Virus record (IMG/VR): IMGVR_UViG_3300027849_000009
DNA from: a virus
Reading direction: 5' to 3' (one strand)
DNA length: 64,000 nucleotides
Shown: in pieces, positions 17,092 to 26,498 of the stretch
How positions within the stretch are numbered: position 1 is the stretch's first letter
Layout: every line of letters begins with the position of its first letter
Program-made: the position numbers and the translations under genes
Notes under the pieces: model-generated
What the model was told of the DNA's origin: nothing
The model's input: only the letters and a program-made list of their open reading frames with translations
Databases searched by the model: none

Positions 17092-18543
17092 ATGCCAGCG
17101 TTAGGTTTAGATGAGTTTAAAAATATAGCGTCATCCGGTGACTATGCTGGCACTTATAGGCATGAAATTTTCAATCTCAAGATCAGAGACAAAAAACCAT
17201 TCATAATAGGCAACACTGAAGCGGGCAGAAAAGTTGTCGGCGTATCTTATGAGTATGATCCCCGCGATACTAGTCATAAAGGCACATTCACCTACTACAT
17301 CCACAACAAGAAAGAACTCATATCTGTATCTAATAGAAAGGTATTTAAAGATGGAGACTTTGGTGGAGGCAAAGCAGGATCAGGTGGTGGTGCTGAAGTA
17401 ACCAAGTTTACTGAGTCTACACAGTGCTACTATTGTGCCTATGTGTTCAAGCATGGACGTAAGATCGATCTGAAGAAACCTCCTACTACTGCTGAACTCA
17501 AATCATGTGAGAATCTGGTATATGCCACAAAGTCACTTGATGATTGTATCAAGAAAGGACCCGCAAAATGGTTCGAAGACCAGATATATGCTAAGACTGC
17601 TAATGTGATGTTCGAGAAATACAAGGGCAAGTTCAAAGGCACTGTATACTTTCATCGTTCTGGTGATGGCAGTAGGTCTAAGTTGATGGACAGCATCTAT
17701 CAAGCAAAGTTAATTTGTGCTAGAAAAGATCGACAGTCTGGTGAACCTCAAGCACCTGGTAGTTTCTCTAATGACAAATGGAATCCCGGTGACATATGGG
17801 CAACAACATTACCTAACGAAGCAAAACCTCTGCACGACTTCACAGATTCGTGGGGCGAACTCAATGATGCTGTAGCAAGACTGAGTGGTGCTTTCGGTGG
17901 TGATGCTAAGATTCTAGGCATATCTTTGAAGCGACTAGCAGGAATGGGTAAAGTACAAGAGTTCAATATTCCTGGCACCAAGACATTCGATGATATCTCA
18001 TTCTCACATTTTACCTTCGGTCAAATCAATAACTTCTTCTCATCTACTGATGCCTACTTGTATACATTAGTACAGGGCAGAATGCAGTTAAGAACATTCT
18101 CTACTACATCATCTTGGCAGGGACAGATTACTGGTGCGGCGGCAGCAGGTGGTAAGATTGGTGGTGGTAACTTAGCATTCTATCTAAATCTAGTCACTAA
18201 TGGTACAGTTAGAATGTTCGGTGCATTAGGAACTGAAGATAATCTCATCAGAAATGAAATAAATAATAACGCTAAATATAGTAATGATTTCTATAAGTTG
18301 TATGTTAATTTAGCGAAAAGTTCTAAGAACCAAAGGCAAGAAGTGCCGCTGTCCGAATCAGAGTTTGATAAGAAACTCAGTCAAGCGACAGATGGTTTTA
18401 GAGTATCAAAATACATTACCAGTAGATTTATAAATGAGTTGTTAAAATTAACTGCTAAAGAGCAGGACGAAATAATGACCTTGTGTTGGTTGTATGCATC
18501 TTCTGCAACAGACCAATCTAGTTATTATATTAAAATAGCATAG
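17092..18543 (+). CDS. PD-(D/E)XK-like nuclease-fold protein
   Basis: KWNPGDIW...GISLK motif; GAGGG SD before 17092. Confidence 0.6.
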   Translation: MPALGLDEFKNIASSGDYAGTYRHEIFNLKIRDKKPFIIGNTEAGRKVVGVSYEYDPRDTSHKGTFTYYIHNKKELISVSNRKVFKDGDFGGGKAGSGGGAEVTKFTESTQCYYCAYVFKHGRKIDLKKPPTTAELKSCENLVYATKSLDDCIKKGPAKWFEDQIYAKTANVMFEKYKGKFKGTVYFHRSGDGSRSKLMDSIYQAKLICARKDRQSGEPQAPGSFSNDKWNPGDIWATTLPNEAKPLHDFTDSWGELNDAVARLSGAFGGDAKILGISLKRLAGMGKVQEFNIPGTKTFDDISFSHFTFGQINNFFSSTDAYLYTLVQGRMQLRTFSTTSSWQGQITGAAAAGGKIGGGNLAFYLNLVTNGTVRMFGALGTEDNLIRNEINNNAKYSNDFYKLYVNLAKSSKNQRQEVPLSESEFDKKLSQATDGFRVSKYITSRFINELLKLTAKEQDEIMTLCWLYASSATDQSSYYIKIA

Positions 18544-18550
18544 AAATAGG

Positions 18551-18578
18551 TTGACAACCAGTACCAGTATGTTATAAT
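18551..18578 (+). promoter_or_regulatory. sigma70-type promoter
   Basis: TTGACA-16-TATAAT. Confidence 0.7.
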
Positions 18579-18610
18579 AGCATATTACTTACTAGAACTA
18601 AGAGAGAAAT

Positions 18611-18907
18611 ATGAAGTCATTCAAAGTATATCTTCAAGAATCCATCAAAGTAAAGTGGAATAAAGTTGCTGATGGATACGTGAATAAAAAGATGGTGTAC
18701 AAACACGTTACTTCTGATGGTATGTATCAAATACGTATATCTGGTGCTGATTCTATGAAATTTAATAAAGATGGCAGTCAGAAAGTGATGCCAACAGTCT
18801 TTGATATGCATCCAGCATCATATAGTCCAAGATACCCCGTTAGCGGTTATAAGAATGTTACTATAGCGAAAGCAGAAGTTGAAAGGTGGATTGCTGATCA
18901 TGAATAA
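18611..18907 (+). CDS. Putative internal head protein
   Basis: N-terminus MKSFKVYLQE resembles the T4 capsid-targeting sequence (CTS). Confidence 0.65.
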   Translation: MKSFKVYLQESIKVKWNKVADGYVNKKMVYKHVTSDGMYQIRISGADSMKFNKDGSQKVMPTVFDMHPASYSPRYPVSGYKNVTIAKAEVERWIADHE

Positions 18908-20129
18908 TTTTAACGAGTTCATTACAGAAGCGGCACAAAAGAACACCCATATGACCCACATCGAAGATAAGGTCATCTACGGTGGTGCTAATGGAACTCG
19001 TCAAGCAATCAATGCTCTTCGTGAGTTAAGAGATATGCTTGGCGGTAAGAAAGAAGGTTCTGTATCAGTCAAGTGGGACGGTGCACCAGCAGTATTTGCC
19101 GGTACTGATCCCTCTGACGGTAAGTTCTTTGTTGCTAAGAAAGGTATCTTCAATAAGAATCCAAAGATATACAAGACTGATGCTGACATCGATGACGATA
19201 CATCTGGTGATCTCAATGACAAACTAAAACTTGCATTGAAGTATTTACCTGAACTTGGTATTAAAGGAGTCATTCAAGGCGACTTTCTATACAAGCGTTC
19301 TGAACTAAAGAAGAAAAAGATCGGTACAGAAACATATCTTACCTTTCACCCTAACACAATCGTGTATGCAGTACCCGTAAAACAATCTAAAGAACTTCTC
19401 GCTTCTAAAATCGGCATTGTATGGCACACTACATATACAGGTAGTTCTTTTGAAACTATGAGCGCATCATATGGTGTTGATGTAAACAAACTGAAGAAGT
19501 CAACTAATGTCTGGTCACAGGATGCTATATTGCGTGATGTGTCTAATGCTACGATGACTAAAAAAGAAACGGATGAAGTAAATGAAACTCTATCACAAAT
19601 TGGCAAACTTTTTAACCAAATCTCTGGAAGCACTCTTCGAGTATTATCCTCTAACCCAGGACTTGCACAGACCATCGAGACCTTTAATAACACCTACGTT
19701 AGACGAGGAGAAGTTATCGGAGACTCCAAAAAGCACGCCGAAAAACTCATCGCCTACATCAACCAAAAGTACCAAAAAGAAATCGACAAGCGCAAAACCG
19801 AAAAAGGCAAAGGCGCCCAGCAAGCAAAGCGCGACGAAATCCTCAAGTTCTTCAGCAAAGAAAACAAAATAAGTCTAATTAAGATGTTTGAATTGCAGAA
19901 ATTGATTGTTTTAGTTAAATTAAAACTTATAAATAACCTTAATAGATTAAGTAATATTGGTGCGTTTGTTAAAACTAAGAACGGATACAAGACTACTGGT
20001 CAAGAAGGTTATGTTGCAATAGACACACTTGGTGGTGATGCGGTGAAACTAGTTGATCGTATGGAGTTTTCATACAACAACTTTTCACCTGATATATTAA
20101 AAGGATGGGATAAACCAAAAGGTAAATAA
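18900..20129 (+). CDS. DUF6267-like protein; RNA/DNA ligase-like nucleotidyltransferase
   Basis: KWDG, QGD, EGYV and VKLV motifs; CTS-like MNNFNEFITE. Confidence 0.7.
   Translation: MNNFNEFITEAAQKNTHMTHIEDKVIYGGANGTRQAINALRELRDMLGGKKEGSVSVKWDGAPAVFAGTDPSDGKFFVAKKGIFNKNPKIYKTDADIDDDTSGDLNDKLKLALKYLPELGIKGVIQGDFLYKRSELKKKKIGTETYLTFHPNTIVYAVPVKQSKELLASKIGIVWHTTYTGSSFETMSASYGVDVNKLKKSTNVWSQDAILRDVSNATMTKKETDEVNETLSQIGKLFNQISGSTLRVLSSNPGLAQTIETFNNTYVRRGEVIGDSKKHAEKLIAYINQKYQKEIDKRKTEKGKGAQQAKRDEILKFFSKENKISLIKMFELQKLIVLVKLKLINNLNRLSNIGAFVKTKNGYKTTGQEGYVAIDTLGGDAVKLVDRMEFSYNNFSPDILKGWDKPKGK
19582..19872 (+). CDS. Putative overprinted K/S/T/P/A-rich basic protein
   Basis: +1 frame ORF inside the DUF6267-like gene, coinciding with a codon third-position shift to C/A. 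Confidence 0.5.
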   Translation: MKLYHKLANFLTKSLEALFEYYPLTQDLHRPSRPLITPTLDEEKLSETPKSTPKNSSPTSTKSTKKKSTSAKPKKAKAPSKQSATKSSSSSAKKTK

Positions 20130-20130
20130 G

Positions 20131-20565
20131 ATGGCAGATAAACCATTATCGTTTAAAGACTTTTTAACAGTTGACTACAGTCAGACTGGTGAAAGAGTAC
20201 AAGCGACAAACGCTAAACAGCGTAAAGAAACTGACGAAGCACTCGACTTTCAACAGAGACGTGCCCGCGGTCGTTCGATGAAAAAGAACAAAGCAAAGAT
20301 AGCGATGGGTCGTAGACGTGCCGCTAAGAAAACTGCTAGTCAAGATGTCCTTAAGAAACGTGCCCGCAAAGGCGCGATCAATCAACTATTCAAAAAATTC
20401 GCAAAGGGCACTTCACGGTCTGATTTACCTGCATCTCGGCGTCAAGAGATCGAGAAGCGTATCGAGAAAATGAAATCCAAAGTGAATATGATTGCACGTA
20501 AGAACTTACCTGCTATTCGCAAATTAGAGAAAGATCGCCGACAGGGTGGAAATACTCCAAAATGA
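20131..20565 (+). CDS. Basic hypothetical protein, putative head-associated
   Basis: Very K/R-rich; SFKDFL N-terminus; TDEAL possible cleavage site. Confidence 0.75.
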   Translation: MADKPLSFKDFLTVDYSQTGERVQATNAKQRKETDEALDFQQRRARGRSMKKNKAKIAMGRRRAAKKTASQDVLKKRARKGAINQLFKKFAKGTSRSDLPASRRQEIEKRIEKMKSKVNMIARKNLPAIRKLEKDRRQGGNTPK

Positions 20566-21809
20566 TTCCTTCCTTTAAACAGTATCTCGTAGAAGAGAAC
20601 CGTGAAGTGTTCTTCACATTCGGTCGTATGAATCCTCCTACGATCGGACACGGCAAACTACTGTCAGTACTATCCACTAAAGCGGGCAAGAATCCCTGGT
20701 TCGCTTATGTCTCACAATCACAAAACGCAAAGAAAGATCCCTTAACCTACGACCAGAAAGTGAAACACGTTCGCAAGATGTTTCCTAAGTTTGGTCGTAA
20801 TGTAATGCTTGATAAGAAAGTACGTACAGTGTTTGATATTGCTGTAATACTATTCGATCAAGGTTTCAATCGCATTACAATGGTTGTTGGTTCGGATCGT
20901 GTAACAGAATTTAAGACTCTCCTTGACAAGTACAATGGTGAGAAAGCGCGACATGGTTTCTACAACTTCGAAAAGATTATGGTTGTCTCTGCTGGTGAAC
21001 GTGATCCTGATGCCGAAGGCGTTGAGGGAATGTCTGCATCTAAGCAACGCGAGAATGCCAAGAACAATGATTTCGCATCATTCTCTCAGGGTGTTCCTAA
21101 GTCGATGAATGCGAGAGATGCAAAGCGTCTGTTCAATGATGTTCGCGGTGGGATGGGACTCAAAGAAACAACTACATTTAGAAATCACATTGAACTTGAA
21201 TCAGTATCAGAGACACGAGAGAAATTCATTCAAGGTGAGTTATTCAATCTTACTGACAAAGTTATTATTAGCGAGTCAGGTAAGTCGGGATACATTCAGA
21301 CTATTGGTACTAACTATGTTATCGTAGCATTAGATGAAGGTGGCATTACTCGTCAATGGATAGAATCAGTTGAGTTAGCAGAAGTACCAACAAGTCAGAT
21401 GATCGATAAGATTAAAGCATCTACTGTATCTAAGAAGCGATATCAGACAGCACTCAAAATACTAAAAGATGTTGTTGCTCGTAAGAAGAAAGAAGCGAAT
21501 GGTAAACCCATGCGTCACGGTATCGAATACTACGCTGGACAAATCGCTAAACAGTATGATATTAATCCTCGGGTTCTTGCTACTATGCATGAGACTAATG
21601 TTCCTGGATGGGGAACACCAGAAGCAACTAAGAAAGCGAAGAAGTATGTGCCTGGTCAGAATGAAGCGAAGGGTGACGAAGTTGCCATAGCAAGAGATGT
21701 TATCGACCAAGAACTTCAGACAGACAAGATTAAACATGACCGTATTCTTGATCGTGCGAGACTAAACCGCGCTAGACGCAAGAATAAACAAACAAATCCA
21801 AAAGTATAA
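20562..21809 (+). CDS. Cytidylyltransferase-like (HIGH-superfamily) nucleotidyltransferase
   Basis: FTFGRMNPPTIGH, VVGSDR and MSASK motifs; CTS-like SFKQYLVEE. Confidence 0.85.
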   Translation: MIPSFKQYLVEENREVFFTFGRMNPPTIGHGKLLSVLSTKAGKNPWFAYVSQSQNAKKDPLTYDQKVKHVRKMFPKFGRNVMLDKKVRTVFDIAVILFDQGFNRITMVVGSDRVTEFKTLLDKYNGEKARHGFYNFEKIMVVSAGERDPDAEGVEGMSASKQRENAKNNDFASFSQGVPKSMNARDAKRLFNDVRGGMGLKETTTFRNHIELESVSETREKFIQGELFNLTDKVIISESGKSGYIQTIGTNYVIVALDEGGITRQWIESVELAEVPTSQMIDKIKASTVSKKRYQTALKILKDVVARKKKEANGKPMRHGIEYYAGQIAKQYDINPRVLATMHETNVPGWGTPEATKKAKKYVPGQNEAKGDEVAIARDVIDQELQTDKIKHDRILDRARLNRARRKNKQTNPKV

Positions 21810-21812
21810 ATA
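21805..21812 (+). promoter_or_regulatory. T4-type late promoter
   Basis: TATAAATA 6 nt before ATG 21819. Confidence 0.7.
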
Positions 21813-21818
21813 GGACAT

Positions 21819-23819
21819 ATGAAAACATTTAATGCGCTATCAGAAGAAGTAACTCAAAAGCAACTCAATGATGTTGAGAAGTTTGCGGATCGTATTCTCG
21901 CCAAGTTTAATGTAGACATTGAATTTACTCGACACTTTGCGGATCGTATGAATGATGATCGAAACAAACCCGCAGTTAGTGTTGCGGAGTTACAGCAGAT
22001 ATTCAAAAAGATTGCAAGAAAGAAAGCGAAGGATATAAGACAGAATCCAGACAGTGAAGCGGTCATAAAAGATATTCAAAAAGACTTGAACTTGCCTGTG
22101 GTTATACGTTATAATAGAAACAAAGAAGAGTTTGAGGTTACTACAAAGACTATCATGCGCAAAAAAGATTTTAAAACCACAAGTAAAGTAATTACTACGG
22201 AAGCAAAAAAAATGAAAGATGACCCTTGTTGGAAAGATTACGAGATGGTAGGCACTAAGAAGAAGAATGGTAAAGAAGTGCCTAACTGTGTACCAAAAGA
22301 AGATGTGTCCTTAGAGTCAACAAAGGAATACGGTAAGTCTCAGGCAGCGATTGCTCGTAAGCGTCAACAGGCAGCAATGCGTCCTGGTGAGATGGACAAG
22401 TTAAAGCGTCTCAAAGATATGCTCAAGAATGCTAATAATAAAGTTGGTGTTGTTAAAAAAGAATCTGTTGATGAAGCAACTATTGAAGAAGCAACAATGG
22501 GCCCAGACAAGTTAGAGATGCTACGTAAAGCATATGGTTCTGTTAATAAGATAGACCCCTCATCTCCTACGTATAAGAAGATGGAAAAAATGATTGATGG
22601 TATGAGTCAAGACCATTTGAAAGGTCTTGCTTTTGCTAAGATTAAATTCTTATCTATGTTGGCAGCAACTAAGTTACGTTACAAGCACAACGTAAAGTTA
22701 GACTTTGGTGACTACTGGGCAGAATCGGTCGATCATGATCTAGAACAAATCGAAGAAGCAGTTCAAGATTGGACAGTCACCGTTACAAAACCTGTCAACA
22801 AATTAAAGAAAGGTGCCACACAAAAAGTTAAAGCACGTTCGGCATTTGAAGCAATTAACAAAGCAGTGAAACTGTGGGGCGATCCTGCTCTTAAAGCGGC
22901 ACCAATGAATTCGTTTAGTATTACTAAAGAATCTGTTGAACTTGACGAAGCGGCGGGCAAATATTCAAAATCTGGTGATAATCTAATGTATAAATGGGGT
23001 GATGTTAATAAAGCACTAATGAATGCTGGTTTAAACCCTAGAGCAATATTAAATGTTCTTACCGATCTTTCTAAAAAGGAAGTCAAAGAGTCTGTTGAAC
23101 TTGACGAAGGGTACCAAAATAAAGTTTTAGCAAGTAAAGGTCAGTGGGTATTTCAAAATAAAGGCGAAATTCAGCAAATTAAATATAAAGGAAAAGTAAT
23201 TGGAGATGGTTACTATGACCAAGGGTCAGATAGTTTTGATGTAAGTTGGACAGATTTTAAGCGTGGTCAAAAGAATAACCGCAAAGGAGGAACAATGTTT
23301 GATACCGCACAGGATGTCGTAGACTTTTTCTCTAAGATGAAAATTACAGAGTCTGTTGACCTTGACGAAGCAAGACAAATGAAAGACCCTAAGAAAGACT
23401 CTATGGTCACTAAGAGTGGTAAGACTATCGTAATCGACAAGTCTAAGGAATCAGAGTACCTCAAGAAAGGTTGGACTCTTGCTGAGAATGAGACTGTCAA
23501 AGAGTCTAATAACTTCTTTAAGTTCCGCGACTCATTGAATGAGAAGAAAGATTCTGCTGCCGATTTGTACTTTGATACTTACTCTGCCGCAGTACAACAC
23601 GCAAAGGCGCAAGCAGAGAAGAAAGGTTTTGAAGTTGTCGAAGATGATTGGTTCACTCAAGTGACCACAGGCAAAGGGAAACCTGGTCGTGGTAAGACTA
23701 CACGCCACACTCTGAAACTTCTCAAGAATGATAAACCAGTACGTAAAAGTCTTGCTATTCAGGTATACAACCGTGATACCAATAAGAACACTTACGAACT
23801 TAATATGTACATATCCTAA
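21819..23819 (+). CDS. Modular putative internal head polyprotein
   Basis: CTS-like MKTFNALSEE; modules separated by repeated ESV(E/D)LDE linkers. Confidence 0.75.
   Translation: MKTFNALSEEVTQKQLNDVEKFADRILAKFNVDIEFTRHFADRMNDDRNKPAVSVAELQQIFKKIARKKAKDIRQNPDSEAVIKDIQKDLNLPVVIRYNRNKEEFEVTTKTIMRKKDFKTTSKVITTEAKKMKDDPCWKDYEMVGTKKKNGKEVPNCVPKEDVSLESTKEYGKSQAAIARKRQQAAMRPGEMDKLKRLKDMLKNANNKVGVVKKESVDEATIEEATMGPDKLEMLRKAYGSVNKIDPSSPTYKKMEKMIDGMSQDHLKGLAFAKIKFLSMLAATKLRYKHNVKLDFGDYWAESVDHDLEQIEEAVQDWTVTVTKPVNKLKKGATQKVKARSAFEAINKAVKLWGDPALKAAPMNSFSITKESVELDEAAGKYSKSGDNLMYKWGDVNKALMNAGLNPRAILNVLTDLSKKEVKESVELDEGYQNKVLASKGQWVFQNKGEIQQIKYKGKVIGDGYYDQGSDSFDVSWTDFKRGQKNNRKGGTMFDTAQDVVDFFSKMKITESVDLDEARQMKDPKKDSMVTKSGKTIVIDKSKESEYLKKGWTLAENETVKESNNFFKFRDSLNEKKDSAADLYFDTYSAAVQHAKAQAEKKGFEVVEDDWFTQVTTGKGKPGRGKTTRHTLKLLKNDKPVRKSLAIQVYNRDTNKNTYELNMYIS
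22926..23370 (+). repeat. Three copies of a 25-bp linker repeat encoding (K/T)ESV(E/D)LDE
   Basis: AAAGAATCTGTTGAACTTGACGAAG at 22926-22950; variants at 23085-23109 and 23346-23370; partial copy at 22458-22476. Confidence 0.9.
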
Positions 23820-24151
23820 TGAAAAAGTTTAGTTCTTTCATAAAGGAAGACTGTACTTGTGAAGAACTAGAAATCACAGAGGCGGAATATCAGGGTAAAT
23901 CTGTTACACTAAATAATCCCTTTAGACTGCCTTCTGGTAATAAGAAGAAGTTTGGCGTATACGTTACCAATAAGAAAGGTAATATAGTTAAAGTTACGTT
24001 TGGTGATCCTAACATGGAGATCAAACGTGATGATCCCGAAAGACGAAAGTCCTTCAGAGCGCGGCACAATTGTGCTGATAAGAAAGATAAAACCACTCCG
24101 GGTTATTGGAGTTGCTATCAATGGAGGGCATCTGCGAAAGTAGATAACTAG
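23819..24151 (+). CDS. DUF6321-like protein with CTS-like N-terminus
   Basis: MKKFSSFIKE; FGDPNM, RRKSFRARHNC and YWSC motifs. Confidence 0.75.
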   Translation: MKKFSSFIKEDCTCEELEITEAEYQGKSVTLNNPFRLPSGNKKKFGVYVTNKKGNIVKVTFGDPNMEIKRDDPERRKSFRARHNCADKKDKTTPGYWSCYQWRASAKVDN

Positions 24152-24156
24152 ATTGT

Positions 24157-24456
24157 ATGGGAAATATGACAAACGCAGATCGACTAGGCAGAATAGAGGA
24201 CAAGATTGACCAAATGTCCGAAGCAATCATCTCACTCGCAAGAGTGCAGGAGAAAGTGTCGGACTTGGAGAATCGAAGAGCGGAGCAACACGAACGTATG
24301 AATCAACACTCTAAGAAATTAGATGACATAGATATTAAAGTCACTACGTTGATGGAAAAAGTAAACAACATACAGATGGTGGGACTCGCGGCAGGCGGTC
24401 TGATAGCAACAATTTTTTTAGCACTACTAACTGGGCAGATAGTAATCGGCCAATAA
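24157..24456 (+). CDS. Coiled-coil protein with C-terminal TM helix
   Basis: RLGRIEDKID heptads and hydrophobic C-terminus. Confidence 0.7.
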   Translation: MGNMTNADRLGRIEDKIDQMSEAIISLARVQEKVSDLENRRAEQHERMNQHSKKLDDIDIKVTTLMEKVNNIQMVGLAAGGLIATIFLALLTGQIVIGQ

Positions 24457-24474
24457 ACGCAACTGGAGAACAAA

Positions 24475-25503
24475 ATGAATCCCGAGTACATTAAAAATAT
24501 CGCCCAACTATGGCAAGACGTACAAGAAGGCGAAAAGAAGAAATTAGATCCCGTAGATGATAAAGCGAACGATAAGAAGTTCGTTAATCGCAAAGACAAA
24601 GACATTGACAACGATGGCGATGTTGATTCATCTGATGAGTTTCTGCATAAGAAACGCAAAGCAATCGATGATAAGATTGATGGCGGTAAGAAACCTGCTA
24701 AGGAATCTTGCGGCGATGACGATAAGAAGGTGAAGAAAGAGTCGGACGAAGATATGACTCCTTGTCCTGATTGCGAAGGTTCTACTGAAAATCACGAACC
24801 TGATTGTCCTAAAGCAGACAAAGGTAAAAAAGAAGTAGAAGAAGGCAGAGTGAAAGATCAAATGGTTACAGATTCCGAGAAGATGTCTAAGAAAGACTTC
24901 ATTAAGAAGTACGGAAAAGAAATGGCAGATGATCTTTATGAAGCAAAAGAATATTCTTACACGGTTGTTCATGCTAAGAAAGGTAAGGTAGTAGTTACTG
25001 CCCCTACTTCATATGATGCGGCACAGAAAGCGGCAAAGCAATGGAAACTGAAGTCTACCGGTGGTGTTGATGCGCATCTTATGAAAGAGTCAAACACTGT
25101 TACTCATGCTCACCACGGTTACGGTGAAATTCTGCAACGTACTGATGAAGGCATAGATGTTATGTTTGAACATGGCGTTGAAATGGGTATGAGCGAAGCA
25201 ACTCTAACATTCCTAGAGACTGTTGCCGCTACTACACTAGCAAAGAAAGCGACTCAAGTTGCTGGCGGTGGAGAGAAGACTGGACAAAATGCTTCTAAAG
25301 GCGAGAAAGAATTTGCTGATAAGCATGACAAAGATGATCCAAAGTTAGCGGCAGATGATGCTGATGGACACGAAGATGCTACTAAAGCAGGACGTGCAGT
25401 TAAGTCTCAGTCTGGTACTCGTGGTAACGAACCTCGTATCGGTGACAAGACTATTGTAAATCCTGTTAAGGGTGCTGTAACTAAAACTACTGGTAAGGAA
25501 TAA
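24475..25503 (+). CDS. Modular charged protein, putative head-associated
   Basis: DIDNDGDVDSSDEFLH EF-hand-like motif; several xxE cleavage-like sites. Confidence 0.75.
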   Translation: MNPEYIKNIAQLWQDVQEGEKKKLDPVDDKANDKKFVNRKDKDIDNDGDVDSSDEFLHKKRKAIDDKIDGGKKPAKESCGDDDKKVKKESDEDMTPCPDCEGSTENHEPDCPKADKGKKEVEEGRVKDQMVTDSEKMSKKDFIKKYGKEMADDLYEAKEYSYTVVHAKKGKVVVTAPTSYDAAQKAAKQWKLKSTGGVDAHLMKESNTVTHAHHGYGEILQRTDEGIDVMFEHGVEMGMSEATLTFLETVAATTLAKKATQVAGGGEKTGQNASKGEKEFADKHDKDDPKLAADDADGHEDATKAGRAVKSQSGTRGNEPRIGDKTIVNPVKGAVTKTTGKE

Positions 25504-25507
25504 GATT

Positions 25508-25771
25508 ATGCCTATTAGAGGTCCTAAGAATGCTACTCCAACTCCAATCGGTTGGGTTTCACCAAAAGGCGAATTGCTAAAGAGTCAACGTATTACTTCT
25601 CAGCAAATCGCAGAGTTTCATGGCGATGTTCCATCAACTGCAACTCAGTTAAACGAAGCACCTGTTCACCAGACTTCATTGGGTGCTATGACAGATGTGG
25701 AACTAGAAGTAACTTCACTGCATTATGATATCGACTTGTCTTCGGGTATCACCGAAGAGTTAGAAGATTAA
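25508..25771 (+). CDS. Hypothetical protein
   Basis: PT..GWVSPKGELL motif. Confidence 0.7.
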   Translation: MPIRGPKNATPTPIGWVSPKGELLKSQRITSQQIAEFHGDVPSTATQLNEAPVHQTSLGAMTDVELEVTSLHYDIDLSSGITEELED

Positions 25772-25772
25772 T

Positions 25773-26090
25773 ATGTCAGAAGAACTAGATAAGATCCATC
25801 ATCCTGCTGATACCAACGGTGATGGAAAGGTATCAAAAGAAGAAGAAGCAATGTACTTAGAGTTTAAACGTAAAGAACTCGACGATGCTGATGCTATGCG
25901 AGACGCACAACGTAAGATGGCGTGGTTCGCATTGTTCGGTATGTTGTTATATCCCTTTGCTGTTGTACTTGCTTCTCTATTAGGTATCGATACAGCGGCG
26001 AAGACTTTAGGTGATATGGCGCCTACTTACTTTGTATCTGTATCATTAATTGTTGGTGCTTTCTTTGGCGCTCAGGCACTGAAGAAATAG
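25773..26090 (+). CDS. EF-hand plus two-TM membrane protein (holin candidate)
   Basis: DTNGDGKVSKEE followed by two TM helices. Confidence 0.65.
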   Translation: MSEELDKIHHPADTNGDGKVSKEEEAMYLEFKRKELDDADAMRDAQRKMAWFALFGMLLYPFAVVLASLLGIDTAAKTLGDMAPTYFVSVSLIVGAFFGAQALKK

Positions 26091-26129
26091 AAGTCTATAT
26101 ACTATACCAACATATAGACTATAGCAAAT

Positions 26130-26498
26130 ATGAAACTTTTTGAAACACTAGATGAATCTACGTTCCTGATCTTCTCAGCAAAGAATTATTACAATCCTAC
26201 TTGTATCGATGCTGAGGAGTTCTACGAAGATATAAAACGATTTAAGTATATCAAGCGTCTATTGAACAGACATCTTGATGGTGGTAAACTGTCAGTGAAC
26301 TTGATATTAAATCATCTCATTGTTGTATTCAATGTGTTTGGTAATGAACCAGGTTTAAAGATGTTAGAGTACAAGTTAGATGACCGTCACTGGACATCAG
26401 TCAAACCATTCCTTGTATATCTAAGAGTAATAACAAACGAAACATATACGGGCATTGAAATGGATGCGCGTGTTATCGAAGAGTTGAGAAAGATATGA
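26130..26498 (+). CDS. Conserved T4-like hypothetical protein
   Basis: Y.NP.C...EF.ED.KRFKYIKRL and LILNH motifs. Confidence 0.8.
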   Translation: MKLFETLDESTFLIFSAKNYYNPTCIDAEEFYEDIKRFKYIKRLLNRHLDGGKLSVNLILNHLIVVFNVFGNEPGLKMLEYKLDDRHWTSVKPFLVYLRVITNETYTGIEMDARVIEELRKI

